Below, in pieces: positions 19,825-28,263 of a stretch of 64,000 bases of DNA (positions are counted from its first letter, which is position 1; the number at the start of each line of letters is the position of its first letter). The notes under the pieces were generated by a model. The model worked only from the letters and a program-made list of their open reading frames with translations, searched no databases and had not been told where the DNA came from. The position numbers were made by a program, and so were the translations under genes. The stretch lies in contig OZ241889.1 in the NCBI GenBank assembly GCA_965203355.1, positions 2,144,001 to 2,208,000 on the forward strand. Reading direction: 5' to 3'. This stretch comes from Candidatus Latescibacterota bacterium (GTDB taxonomy: Bacteria; Latescibacterota; UBA2968; UBA8231).

Positions 19825-21000
19825 CTAATGATGAAAAAGCCGCGTTCCCGAATTAATCATCAACATTCCGTATTCGTCGGCCGCCTCAATTACCCGATTA
19901 TCCCGCGTTGACCCGCCCGCTTGGACTACGTACTCCACGCCTGAACGCCGCGCTCGGTCGATGTTGTCGCGGAAGGGGAAAAAGGCGTCTGAACTCAGGG
20001 CCACGCCCTTGAGCTGGTCTAGCCATGCCCGCTTCTCCTCGGGGCTGATCCGCTCTGGGACCGCGCGGAAGTTGGCTTCCCAAGCCCGGAGTTCGGCTGG
20101 GGTGACGTCGTCTTGCAGATAGAGGTCGATGGCGTTGATTTTTTCCGGGCGTTTGAGGCCCTTGGCGAATTTCATGCCCAACACTTTGGGGTGTAGGCGC
20201 AGATACCAGTTGTCGGCCTTGGCGCAGGCCAAGCGCACACAGTGGATGCGCGACTGCTGGCCAGCCCCCGTGCCGATGACTTGGCCGTCGCAGGCTAGGC
20301 ACACCGAGTTAGATTGGGTGTACTTGAGGGCGATGGTTGCCACCGTGAGGTCGCGGCGGGCACTGGCCGACAAGTCCTGGCGGGCCGTGACGATGTTGTG
20401 GAAAAAGGCGTCGTCCGGGATGAAGTCGTTGCGTTGCTGCGCGAGTTGGACGCCGAATATCTGGCGTTGCTCGGTCGCCGCTGGCGCGTAGTTCGGGTCG
20501 ATTTGTAGGATGCGGTACTGACCGCCCTTTTTCTTTTTTAAGATCGCTAAAGCCTCCGGCTCATAGCCGGGGGCGATGATCCCGTCGGAGACTTCGACGC
20601 GGATGAGGTCGGCCGTAGGGAAATCCACCACGTCGCTCAGGGCGATCCAGTCGCCGAAGGAAGCGAGGCGGTCGGCACCGCGGGCGCGGGCGTAAGCCGT
20701 GGCCAGCGGACTGAGGTCGCGGTCGGCCACAAAGTAGGACGCGCTCAAAGTTTCGTTGAGCGGTGCGGCGATGGCAGCACCGGCTGGAGAGACGTGTTTG
20801 AACGAGGTGGCGGCTGGCCGGCCGAGGGCCTGCTTGAGGTCTCGGACGAGCTGCCAAGCGTTGAGCGCGTCCATGAGGTTGATGTAGCTAGGGGCGTCGT
20901 TGAGCGGCTCGATGGGCAAGTCGCGGCCATCGGCCATTGAGCAGCGGGCGCCGGTTTGGTGGGGGTTGCAGCCGTAGCGCATGTCGATTGTCGCGGGCAT
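19825..21000 (-). CDS. purH: AICAR transformylase (PurH lacking the IMP cyclohydrolase domain)
   Basis: MRYGCNPHQ at the N-terminus, SFKHVSPAG, LKYTQSNSV, GQQSRIHC, SDAFFPFRDN, RLFHH. Confidence 0.88.
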   Translation of the reverse strand: MPATIDMRYGCNPHQTGARCSMADGRDLPIEPLNDAPSYINLMDALNAWQLVRDLKQALGRPAATSFKHVSPAGAAIAAPLNETLSASYFVADRDLSPLATAYARARGADRLASFGDWIALSDVVDFPTADLIRVEVSDGIIAPGYEPEALAILKKKKGGQYRILQIDPNYAPAATEQRQIFGVQLAQQRNDFIPDDAFFHNIVTARQDLSASARRDLTVATIALKYTQSNSVCLACDGQVIGTGAGQQSRIHCVRLACAKADNWYLRLHPKVLGMKFAKGLKRPEKINAIDLYLQDDVTPAELRAWEANFRAVPERISPEEKRAWLDQLKGVALSSDAFFPFRDNIDRARRSGVEYVVQAGGSTRDNRVIEAADEYGMLMINSGTRLFHH

Positions 21001-21022
21001 GGTTCCTCCTCGATGAGACTAT

Positions 21023-21052
21023 TTGACAAGAGTTGGGGCAGCGTATTATGTT
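21023..21052 (+). promoter_or_regulatory. Putative sigma-70 promoter for dapA-dapB
   Basis: TTGACA at 21023 followed after 18 bp by TATGTT. Confidence 0.4.
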
Positions 21053-21122
21053 CGGCAATCGCGGTACAAAGACAATCGCCAATCCACCCGTTTTTGACAA
21101 GCTAAGGCGAGGTAAAAAGACC

Positions 21123-22160
21123 ATGTTCAAAGGTTGCAGCACGGCCCTAGTGACGCCCATGAACGCAGACGGTAGCATTGACTACGGCGGCTTAGAGCAA
21201 CTCGTAGAATTCCAAATTGCCAACAATATCCAAGCGGTACTCGCGGTTGGCACGACCGGCGAAAGCCCGACCCTGTTGTGGGAGGAGCACAACGAAGTCA
21301 TCGAGCGCACGGTCGCGCTGGCTAAGGGACGCACCTTATCGATTGCCGGCACAGGTAGCAACTCCACCAAGGAGACCATGGTGGGCAGCGAGCACGCCGC
21401 CCACCTTGGCGCAGACGCCGTGCTGCTGGTCGATCCCTACTACAATGGGCCTAGCTCCTTGGAGATCCGCCGCGAATACGTCGAGCCGGTGGCGCGGGCC
21501 TTTCCCGAAGTGCAGATCATTCCCTACATCATTCCCGGGCGCACCGGCTGCATGATGCAGGTGGAGGATTTGGCCATCCTCGCCCACCAGTATCCCAACG
21601 TGGCCCAAGTCAAAGAGGCCACCGGCGACTTGGACAATATGGCCAAGACGCGCCGGCTCTGCGGCGATGATTTTACCATCCTCTCAGGCGATGACGACAA
21701 GACCGTGGCCATGATGAAGAGCGCGGAGATCCGGGCCGCTGGCGCGATCTCGGTGATGTCCAACGTCATTCCGGGTCCCATCCAGCGGCTCACCGAGCTG
21801 CTCAACGCCGGTCAGGCAGACGAAGCGGACGGTTTGGCCGCGAAGCTAGCGCCGCTTTTTGGCATCGTCGGCGTTGCGACCACTGAGCAGAGTGCTTATG
21901 GTCCGGTCGAGTGCAAAGTCCGCAACCCGGTGCCGATTAAGACGCTGATGAATATTCTCGGTATGCCGGCCGGCCCCGTGCGGCCGCCGCTGGGTAAGAT
22001 GACGCGCGCGGGCGCGCAAGTGGTGCTGGCCGCCGCGCGCCAAGTGCTCGCCAATGACCCCACGGCGTTTGCGCCGATCGCCGAATTTTTCGGAGTGGAT
22101 GTGGAAGCGCGTCTATACGACGACTCGCTTTTTGAGCGCGCAGTGTATCCATCGTATTAA
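21123..22160 (+). CDS. dapA: 4-hydroxy-tetrahydrodipicolinate synthase
   Basis: ALVTPM, GTTGESPTL, PYYN, VKEATG, LSGDD; upstream of dapB. Confidence 0.92.
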   Translation: MFKGCSTALVTPMNADGSIDYGGLEQLVEFQIANNIQAVLAVGTTGESPTLLWEEHNEVIERTVALAKGRTLSIAGTGSNSTKETMVGSEHAAHLGADAVLLVDPYYNGPSSLEIRREYVEPVARAFPEVQIIPYIIPGRTGCMMQVEDLAILAHQYPNVAQVKEATGDLDNMAKTRRLCGDDFTILSGDDDKTVAMMKSAEIRAAGAISVMSNVIPGPIQRLTELLNAGQADEADGLAAKLAPLFGIVGVATTEQSAYGPVECKVRNPVPIKTLMNILGMPAGPVRPPLGKMTRAGAQVVLAAARQVLANDPTAFAPIAEFFGVDVEARLYDDSLFERAVYPSY

Positions 22161-22174
22161 GCGAGGCTAGCGCG

Positions 22175-22978
22175 ATGACCAAAATCGCAATCTGCGGGGT
22201 GGCCGGGCGCATGGGCCAACGGCTGGCCCATTTGACTTTGGCGGCGGCTGACTTGGAGCTGTGCGGCGGCAAGGAACACCCGGCTCACGAGGCCGTGGGA
22301 CGCGACATCGGCGAAGTCGTCGGCGCGCGGCCCCTCAACCTAACCGTCAGCGACACGTTGGCGGGCCTCATCGAACCCGACCAAGTAGTAGTCTGTTTTA
22401 CGACCCCGGAGGCCACGCTTGAGGACGCGGCCCTCTGCGCGGTGCGCGGGGTGCCTATGGTGGTGGGAACCACGGGTTTTACCCCGGAGCAACTAGCGGA
22501 GTTTAAGCAGACCGTAGCGGGCATTACCTGCGTGTTCGCGTCGAATTTTAGCACAGCCATGAACGTGTTGTTCAAATTGGTCGAAGAGGCGGCGCGGATC
22601 TTGGGCGATGACTACGACGTGGAAATCATTGAAGCGCATCATCGGCACAAGGTCGACGCGCCCTCTGGGTCGGCGCTGACGCTGGCCGAGCGGGTCGCCG
22701 CGGGCTTGGGCCGCAATTTGCGCGAGGTTGCCGTACACGGGCGCTCGGGCGCGGTCGGCCCGCGCCCGAGCCAAGAGATTGGTATGCACGCGATCCGCGC
22801 CGGCGATTTGGCTGGCGATCACACGGTGCTCTACGCGGCTTTAGGCGAGTGCCTCGAACTCCAGCATCGCGCTACGAGCCGCGATTCGTTTGCTTTGGGT
22901 GCGTTGCGTGCCGCGCGTTTTGCCGCGCAAGCTGCGCCGGGGATGTACTCGATGGGAGACGTGTTGGGGCTGGGCTGA
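22175..22978 (+). CDS. dapB: 4-hydroxy-tetrahydrodipicolinate reductase
   Basis: GVAGRMG, VGTTGF, EAHHRHKVDAPSGSA, IRAGDLAGDH. Confidence 0.96.
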   Translation: MTKIAICGVAGRMGQRLAHLTLAAADLELCGGKEHPAHEAVGRDIGEVVGARPLNLTVSDTLAGLIEPDQVVVCFTTPEATLEDAALCAVRGVPMVVGTTGFTPEQLAEFKQTVAGITCVFASNFSTAMNVLFKLVEEAARILGDDYDVEIIEAHHRHKVDAPSGSALTLAERVAAGLGRNLREVAVHGRSGAVGPRPSQEIGMHAIRAGDLAGDHTVLYAALGECLELQHRATSRDSFALGALRAARFAAQAAPGMYSMGDVLGLG

Positions 22979-22982
22979 CCGC

Positions 22983-23750
22983 TCAGCGCTTGGGGCGGAG
23001 GAGGTGCTGTGGCGTCGGCCACAGGGTCTGAATCTGGTCGCGCAGCCGCGCGGCTTCCTCAAAATTTTCCGCCTCCACAGCCACCTGTAGGTCGCGCTCT
23101 AATTGTTCGCGCTGGGACAGCGGGCGCTCCTGCTCTAATTCCTCGTACCATTCGCGCAAAAAGGAAATCTCGGGCAAATCCTCGTCTAGCTCGGATTCCC
23201 ATTCCTCGACAAAGCTCTCGATGTGGGCAATGCCTTCTTGCACGGCGTGCATGGCCGCTGGATAGTCGTCGTTTTGCAGCGCGAGCATGGCGTACGCCCG
23301 GGTCTGCATCATAATCGCGTGTGGATAGTACTGCTCAAAGTACCAGCGGATTTCGTCGTTGGGCGCGCACTGATCGACCAATTCAAAAATCTGTAGGGTG
23401 TGCTCGGTATCGGCGACGACCCCTTCGTAGTCCTCTAAGTTGAACAGACTTAAATAGCGGTGGTAATACTGCCACGCCTCTTGGAAGAGTTCTTCGCACT
23501 CGTCCTCGTTTAGCGCGAAGCCTGCTGGCGTGTCGTGCGACTTGATGAGGTCTTGGTAGTAGTTGAGCAGCGAGGGGCAACCGTGCGGTTGTTGGCCGTC
23601 GGGACGGCCATGCAACTCGAGCTGAAGGAGCCCCATGTCGATGCGGATCTGAAGTTTTTCCTCGCCCTTGCTGGTGCGGATGCGCCGAGCGAGGAACTCG
23701 TCGGGCTTGAAGTCCCAACTGTTGAGCAAGTCGCCGATATCGCAATTCAT
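22983..23750 (-). CDS. UvrB/UvrC-motif protein
   Basis: C-terminal LQVAVEAENFEEAARLRDQI (UVR motif); QIRIDMGLLQLELHGRPDG. Confidence 0.75.
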   Translation of the reverse strand: MNCDIGDLLNSWDFKPDEFLARRIRTSKGEEKLQIRIDMGLLQLELHGRPDGQQPHGCPSLLNYYQDLIKSHDTPAGFALNEDECEELFQEAWQYYHRYLSLFNLEDYEGVVADTEHTLQIFELVDQCAPNDEIRWYFEQYYPHAIMMQTRAYAMLALQNDDYPAAMHAVQEGIAHIESFVEEWESELDEDLPEISFLREWYEELEQERPLSQREQLERDLQVAVEAENFEEAARLRDQIQTLWPTPQHLLRPKR

Positions 23751-24017
23751 GGGCGCGCTCTCTGCAAAAAAATAGAGTGAAGAAACTCAAGCCCAAGGAG
23801 GCTGAGGGAACACAAGGGACAATATAGGGCAGAACCTAGTACTGCGCTACTAATGGACGCATTTCTCGTCAAGTAGTTGGCCCAGGCAAAAAGCGCCAAG
23901 TTACAAGCCCCGCGCTTATCGTGTTATGTACATTATTAAAAATACGAAAAAAGAGATAACATGTCAAAAAATATCATTTAAGTGTATTATAAATAATGAG
24001 TTAGAAAAAATTTCATC

Positions 24018-24046
24018 TTGACCCAAACCACGGCCTAACCTACCTT
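24018..24046 (+). promoter_or_regulatory. Putative sigma-70 promoter with AT-rich upstream tract
   Basis: TTGACC-17 bp-TACCTT, preceded by about 90 bp of AT-rich sequence; GAGGAGG RBS before 24087. Confidence 0.5.
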
Positions 24047-24086
24047 AAGATCGCCCCCAATTTCAACACTCCACAGAGGAGGACCT

Positions 24087-24854
24087 ATGTCCCAGCACGA
24101 GAACGATGCGCTGCAAGTGCAAGGCGACCGGGTGGTGCTAGGGGAGTGGTCGGGCGATCTGGAAGAATTGATTGCCAAGAATGTGACTTTGCGCCAGATG
24201 TTGCGCGAAGGGTGCGCCGAAGCGGCCGGTGCGCTGCTCAAGGCGCAGGCCGTGGAGGAACAAGCCGCGCTGGTGGCCATAGACGAAAACCCCGAGGAGG
24301 TGCTCTCGCTGACCGGCATGGATGCCCAAGGTCGCCCGGGCTACTTGCCCGCTGTGGTCGATAAGCTGCCGTCGGAGATCATCGCCGAGTTAGTCGCCCC
24401 GGGCGAGGACAAACTGGCGAGATTCAACACGGTGCTGTTGCAAACCATGTCGGCCGAGTCGTTTGCCCGCGCCGTGGAGGACACGCTCGATCCGGTTTAC
24501 TACCTCGGCAACCGCACTAAGGTGTCGTGGGAATGGCTCGAAGCGGTCGCGGCGCTAGACGATCCCAACAAGTGCGCCGCGCTCTTGTCCAAGGTGGATC
24601 AGGGCCTGTTAGAGGACGCCTTCCTCGATAAGGTTGATAGCATCGACATGCACGCCCAAGTCAGTGCGCTAGAGGATGTGGGTGCGGTGTCGGCCTTCAG
24701 CCTGCTGTCGGAATCGGGTCAGGCGGTGATGCTGCCACCGATTGACGATCCAGCGGTCCGCGAGGTCGTCTACGTCTTGCACCAAGCCGCGCCCGAACTG
24801 CTGGCAAGGGTGCTGCGCGGTGCTTGGGAACGGGCGACGGGAGGGGCTTTGTGA
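24087..24854 (+). CDS. Hypothetical protein (possibly DUF6178 N-terminal-like)
   Basis: Strong RBS, 255-aa helical ORF, stop overlaps the next start (GTGA). Confidence 0.7.
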   Translation: MSQHENDALQVQGDRVVLGEWSGDLEELIAKNVTLRQMLREGCAEAAGALLKAQAVEEQAALVAIDENPEEVLSLTGMDAQGRPGYLPAVVDKLPSEIIAELVAPGEDKLARFNTVLLQTMSAESFARAVEDTLDPVYYLGNRTKVSWEWLEAVAALDDPNKCAALLSKVDQGLLEDAFLDKVDSIDMHAQVSALEDVGAVSAFSLLSESGQAVMLPPIDDPAVREVVYVLHQAAPELLARVLRGAWERATGGAL

Positions 24855-25786
24855 ACCGGCTAGTGCGCGTCGATCTCAACCAAGTTCCGCTGGACCGCCA
24901 TAGTTTTATTGGCCAAGTGGTCGCTGCGGGCCTCGAATACGAGCAGTTGCCGCCGCGCTTTATGGATTCGCTGCGGGCCTATCTGCAAATCCGCGGGCTG
25001 GGCTTTGCTCAGGGCAACCGCACGGGCATCGCTCTTGGCCGCGATCTGTTGCGCCGAGGCATGGAGCAGGGCTTGGCGTGTATGGACTTGGCACTAGAGG
25101 AGGCAAGCGGTGGCGATCTCAACGCCGCTGTCGCCCAGCTAGCCAGCGACTCGTTTGACGCGCTCTACAAGCAGGGTTGGGAGTGTGCTGCCCAGCGCTT
25201 GGCCGAGATGCGCGCGCAGGCCCGCGCCTTGGTCGGCTGTCCCGAGCTGGACTTTTGGCCTGATCGGCAGCCCAGAGTCGCCGCCTTGGCAAAGCTCGTG
25301 CCCGAGACGTGGACCGGCCCCAGTGCCATCGACCTGCGCACCGACGGCCAAATGCTGCAAGATCTAACCGGCAAGGTGGCCTTTGTGCGCTCGTTGCCAC
25401 CGCCGTCGATGGCCGATTTGCTCAAGCAGGTCAAGGAGGATTTCGCTGGCGTGATGGATTTCGCCGGCGTGCTGCACCGCGTCATTTTGGCGTTGGCACT
25501 CGGGCGCGTCGAACTCGTTGCCAAAAAGGAACACGTGTCGCGCTTTGGTGCCGAGTGCTTTGACGCGCGTGGGCTGCGCCCTCACGTGCGGCGGCAGGTG
25601 TTAGACCAGTTCGGCGGGCACTTAAAAGATACCGTGGGGGATGCGGATGTTCGGGCGCGGATGGCCGACGAGTTAGGCGCGGAAATTGAGGTGCTAGAAC
25701 AGGCCGCGAAGCGGGACGACCTAGTGGCGTTTTTTTTACCGTCTCCGCCGCCGGGGTCGCTTTTTTCGCCGGAGGAATTTGAGTAG
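24851..25786 (+). CDS. Hypothetical protein (possibly DUF6178/DUF6179 C-terminal-like)
   Basis: Translationally coupled GTG start; ALEEASGGDLNAAVAQL...LYKQGW. Confidence 0.65.
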   Translation: MNRLVRVDLNQVPLDRHSFIGQVVAAGLEYEQLPPRFMDSLRAYLQIRGLGFAQGNRTGIALGRDLLRRGMEQGLACMDLALEEASGGDLNAAVAQLASDSFDALYKQGWECAAQRLAEMRAQARALVGCPELDFWPDRQPRVAALAKLVPETWTGPSAIDLRTDGQMLQDLTGKVAFVRSLPPPSMADLLKQVKEDFAGVMDFAGVLHRVILALALGRVELVAKKEHVSRFGAECFDARGLRPHVRRQVLDQFGGHLKDTVGDADVRARMADELGAEIEVLEQAAKRDDLVAFFLPSPPPGSLFSPEEFE

Positions 25787-25828
25787 CTTTGCCAATCCCC
25801 CGGTACTCCACACCTTCTGCGAGGTCTT

Positions 25829-26749
25829 ATGGCTCATCTCGAATTCACCCCCACCCACTACCACAATACCATCGGCTGGCACGAGCCCGTGCTGGCCATT
25901 GCTCCCGGCGATACGGTCTCTACCACGACCGTTGACGCCCGCGGCCAAGACCAGCACGGCGCGCGCGTTGCCGAGCGCGGGAACCCGATGACGGGTCCTT
26001 TCTACGTAGAAGGGGCCGAGCCGGGCGACACCTTGGTCGTTCGCTTCGACAAGCTCTACCCCAACCGCGACTGGGGCTGGACCGCTAGAGCAATCGCGCC
26101 CAATGTGCTCGACCCGGGTTTTGCGACCGGGATTGAGCGCGACGATCGGCCGCTCCGGTGGCCGATTGACCTAGCGGCCGGTACGGCAACGCAGCCGGAT
26201 GTGTTGCCGGGCTTGGTGCTGCCCCTCAATCCGATGGTCGGCTGTTTTGGGGTGGCCCCGCCGCGCGGTCAGGCCATTTCCACGGCGACCTCTGCGACCC
26301 ACGGCGGCAACATGGACTACCGGGGTTTTGTCGCCGGTGTGACCGTCTATTTGCCGGTCGCGGCCCCGGGCGCGCTCTTTTACTTAGGCGACGGCCACGC
26401 CGTCCAGGGCGATGGCGAGATCGTCGGTACGGGCGTGGAAACTTCCTTTGACGCGACATTTAGCCTAGATGTGATCAAAGGCCAGCCGATCGGTTGGCCT
26501 CGCGCTGAAAACGACACGCACCTTCTCGCGGTCGGCAATGCGCGTCCCTTAGACCAATGCGTACAACACGCGACCAGCGAGTTGGTGAATTGGCTCGTTG
26601 CGGACTACGGTCTCAGCGAGTTGAGTGCCCACGCGCTTTTGGGACAGTGCGTGGAATACGATATGGGGAATGTGTACGACCCGGCCTATACGATGGTTGG
26701 CAAAGTCGCCAAATCGTTGCTCGAGGCTATGGGGGCCGAGTGCTCATAG
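25829..26749 (+). CDS. Acetamidase/formamidase family protein
   Basis: TGPFYVEGAEPGDTL, HGGNMD, LGDGHAVQGDGEI. Confidence 0.9.
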   Translation: MAHLEFTPTHYHNTIGWHEPVLAIAPGDTVSTTTVDARGQDQHGARVAERGNPMTGPFYVEGAEPGDTLVVRFDKLYPNRDWGWTARAIAPNVLDPGFATGIERDDRPLRWPIDLAAGTATQPDVLPGLVLPLNPMVGCFGVAPPRGQAISTATSATHGGNMDYRGFVAGVTVYLPVAAPGALFYLGDGHAVQGDGEIVGTGVETSFDATFSLDVIKGQPIGWPRAENDTHLLAVGNARPLDQCVQHATSELVNWLVADYGLSELSAHALLGQCVEYDMGNVYDPAYTMVGKVAKSLLEAMGAECS

Positions 26750-28228
26750 ATCGGCGATGGAATCCAAGCCTTCGGGCGGCGGTAGGACGTAGCGGACGGG
26801 TTGGATGGTGCCGTCGCGGCGGTGCGCCTGTTCGACTCGTTTGCACTTGATGACCGAGTGCTCGATGAGCAGGTCGTCGTCGATTTGGCAGCCGTAGAGG
26901 TAGCTGGTGCCCTTGATGGTTACGCGCGCGCCCACGCGCATGGGATGTTCGTCGCTGCCTGTCAGGAGCACGCCCGACTCGATGCGGCTGTGCGCGCCAA
27001 TCCGCAGGTTCCCCTTGATGATATTGCGGCTGAGTACTTGGACCTCCTCGTCGAGCGCGAGGGTTTGATTTGGATGCGTACTCAGCTCGACGCCCACGCC
27101 AATTTGTACTCCCTCACCGAGCACTATGTGGCCGCTCAGATGGCTGCGGTCCCCGATGGTGACGCGGCGGTTGAGTTGGACTTGGGGGCCGATGTACGTG
27201 CCCTTGCCGATGACAATGTCCAAGGGGCCGCGCTCCGCGTCGAGGTTGAGTATCTGCTCGACGACCTCGTCGGCGATGAAGAAGTCCTCCTCGTCGGCGA
27301 TGGTGATGGTGTCCTTGAGCTTATCGTAGGCCCAGCGGCGGGCGATGGCCTGCATCTGACGCCAGACGCTTTTGACGTTGAAGGCGAGGAGTTCCTCTTC
27401 GCTGTCGGCCGGGGCGGCCCGCACCACGAGTTGGTGCTGATTGAAAATTTGCACCAAGTCAGTAAGCAGCAATTCGCCTTGGGCATTGTCGGTGTCGAGA
27501 TGCTCGATGTACGTCCGCAGCGCGTGTTCTCTAAAGGCGACGACGCCGGTGTTGATCTCGCGCGTTGCCAGCAGCTCTTGGCGCGTGAAGGCATAGGTGC
27601 GGCCATTGTACGCGGCCTCGTAGGGCGTGTCCGCGTCGAGACTGAGGATGTCCTTGTGCTCTCTGATTTCAATGACCTTGTCGCGGTCCGGTCCCGCCGC
27701 ATCGGTGGCTGGTACGCGCAGGATGCGGCCATAGGAGTTGGTCTCGGCCGGGCCATTGTACAGGGCCGTGAGCACCATCATGTCGCAGTCGGTGCTTTCA
27801 AAACTGGCGCGAAATTGGGCGACGACCTGCTCGGTCAACAGCCCCATGTCGCCTAAAAAGACGTACACGTCGCGGTCGGCCGCCGTGGCGGGCAAGGCTT
27901 GGAGGCCAACGCGCACGGCGTCGCCGGTTCCGGCCGGCCGGCCGAGGACCGGGTTTTCTTGGTAGGCGAAAAGACGCCCTAGTTGGGGGCCGGCCGCGCG
28001 GGCGACGTCTAGGCCCTTGATGCCCACGACGATGACCTGATTGGGGCTGTCGAGCCCTTCTTGCACGGCGCGGGCCACGCGCACGGCCGTTGGCTGGCCC
28101 CAAATTTCGTGCAGCATCTTGGAGGTCTCCGAGCGGATGCGCTTGCCGTGGCCAGCCGCCAAAACGAGGCCGATGCGGTGGATGTCGGCTAAAATGGGCG
28201 AGTTGATTTCTGCGAGTAGGTCGTGCAT
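26744..28228 (-). CDS. GlmU-like nucleotidyltransferase with left-handed beta-helix tail
   Basis: LAAGHGKRIRSETSKMLH, GTGDAV, YGRILR, EINTG, DNAQGELLLTDL and hexapeptide repeats. Start may be 28249. Confidence 0.8.
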   Translation of the reverse strand: MHDLLAEINSPILADIHRIGLVLAAGHGKRIRSETSKMLHEIWGQPTAVRVARAVQEGLDSPNQVIVVGIKGLDVARAAGPQLGRLFAYQENPVLGRPAGTGDAVRVGLQALPATAADRDVYVFLGDMGLLTEQVVAQFRASFESTDCDMMVLTALYNGPAETNSYGRILRVPATDAAGPDRDKVIEIREHKDILSLDADTPYEAAYNGRTYAFTRQELLATREINTGVVAFREHALRTYIEHLDTDNAQGELLLTDLVQIFNQHQLVVRAAPADSEEELLAFNVKSVWRQMQAIARRWAYDKLKDTITIADEEDFFIADEVVEQILNLDAERGPLDIVIGKGTYIGPQVQLNRRVTIGDRSHLSGHIVLGEGVQIGVGVELSTHPNQTLALDEEVQVLSRNIIKGNLRIGAHSRIESGVLLTGSDEHPMRVGARVTIKGTSYLYGCQIDDDLLIEHSVIKCKRVEQAHRRDGTIQPVRYVLPPPEGLDSIADL

Positions 28229-28263
28229 TGGGTCTCTTTCTTCGTGCATTGGGTTCCGGTGCG

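Noticed and set aside
23900-24017. Replication origin in the AT-rich tract
   Set aside because: No DnaA boxes (TTATCCACA) recognised and no dnaA/dnaN context.
26801-27856. Long antisense ORFs (also 14954-15874, 29255-30286, 47879-49003)
   Set aside because: Shadow ORFs typical of GC-rich coding DNA, overlapping well-supported genes, with no motifs.
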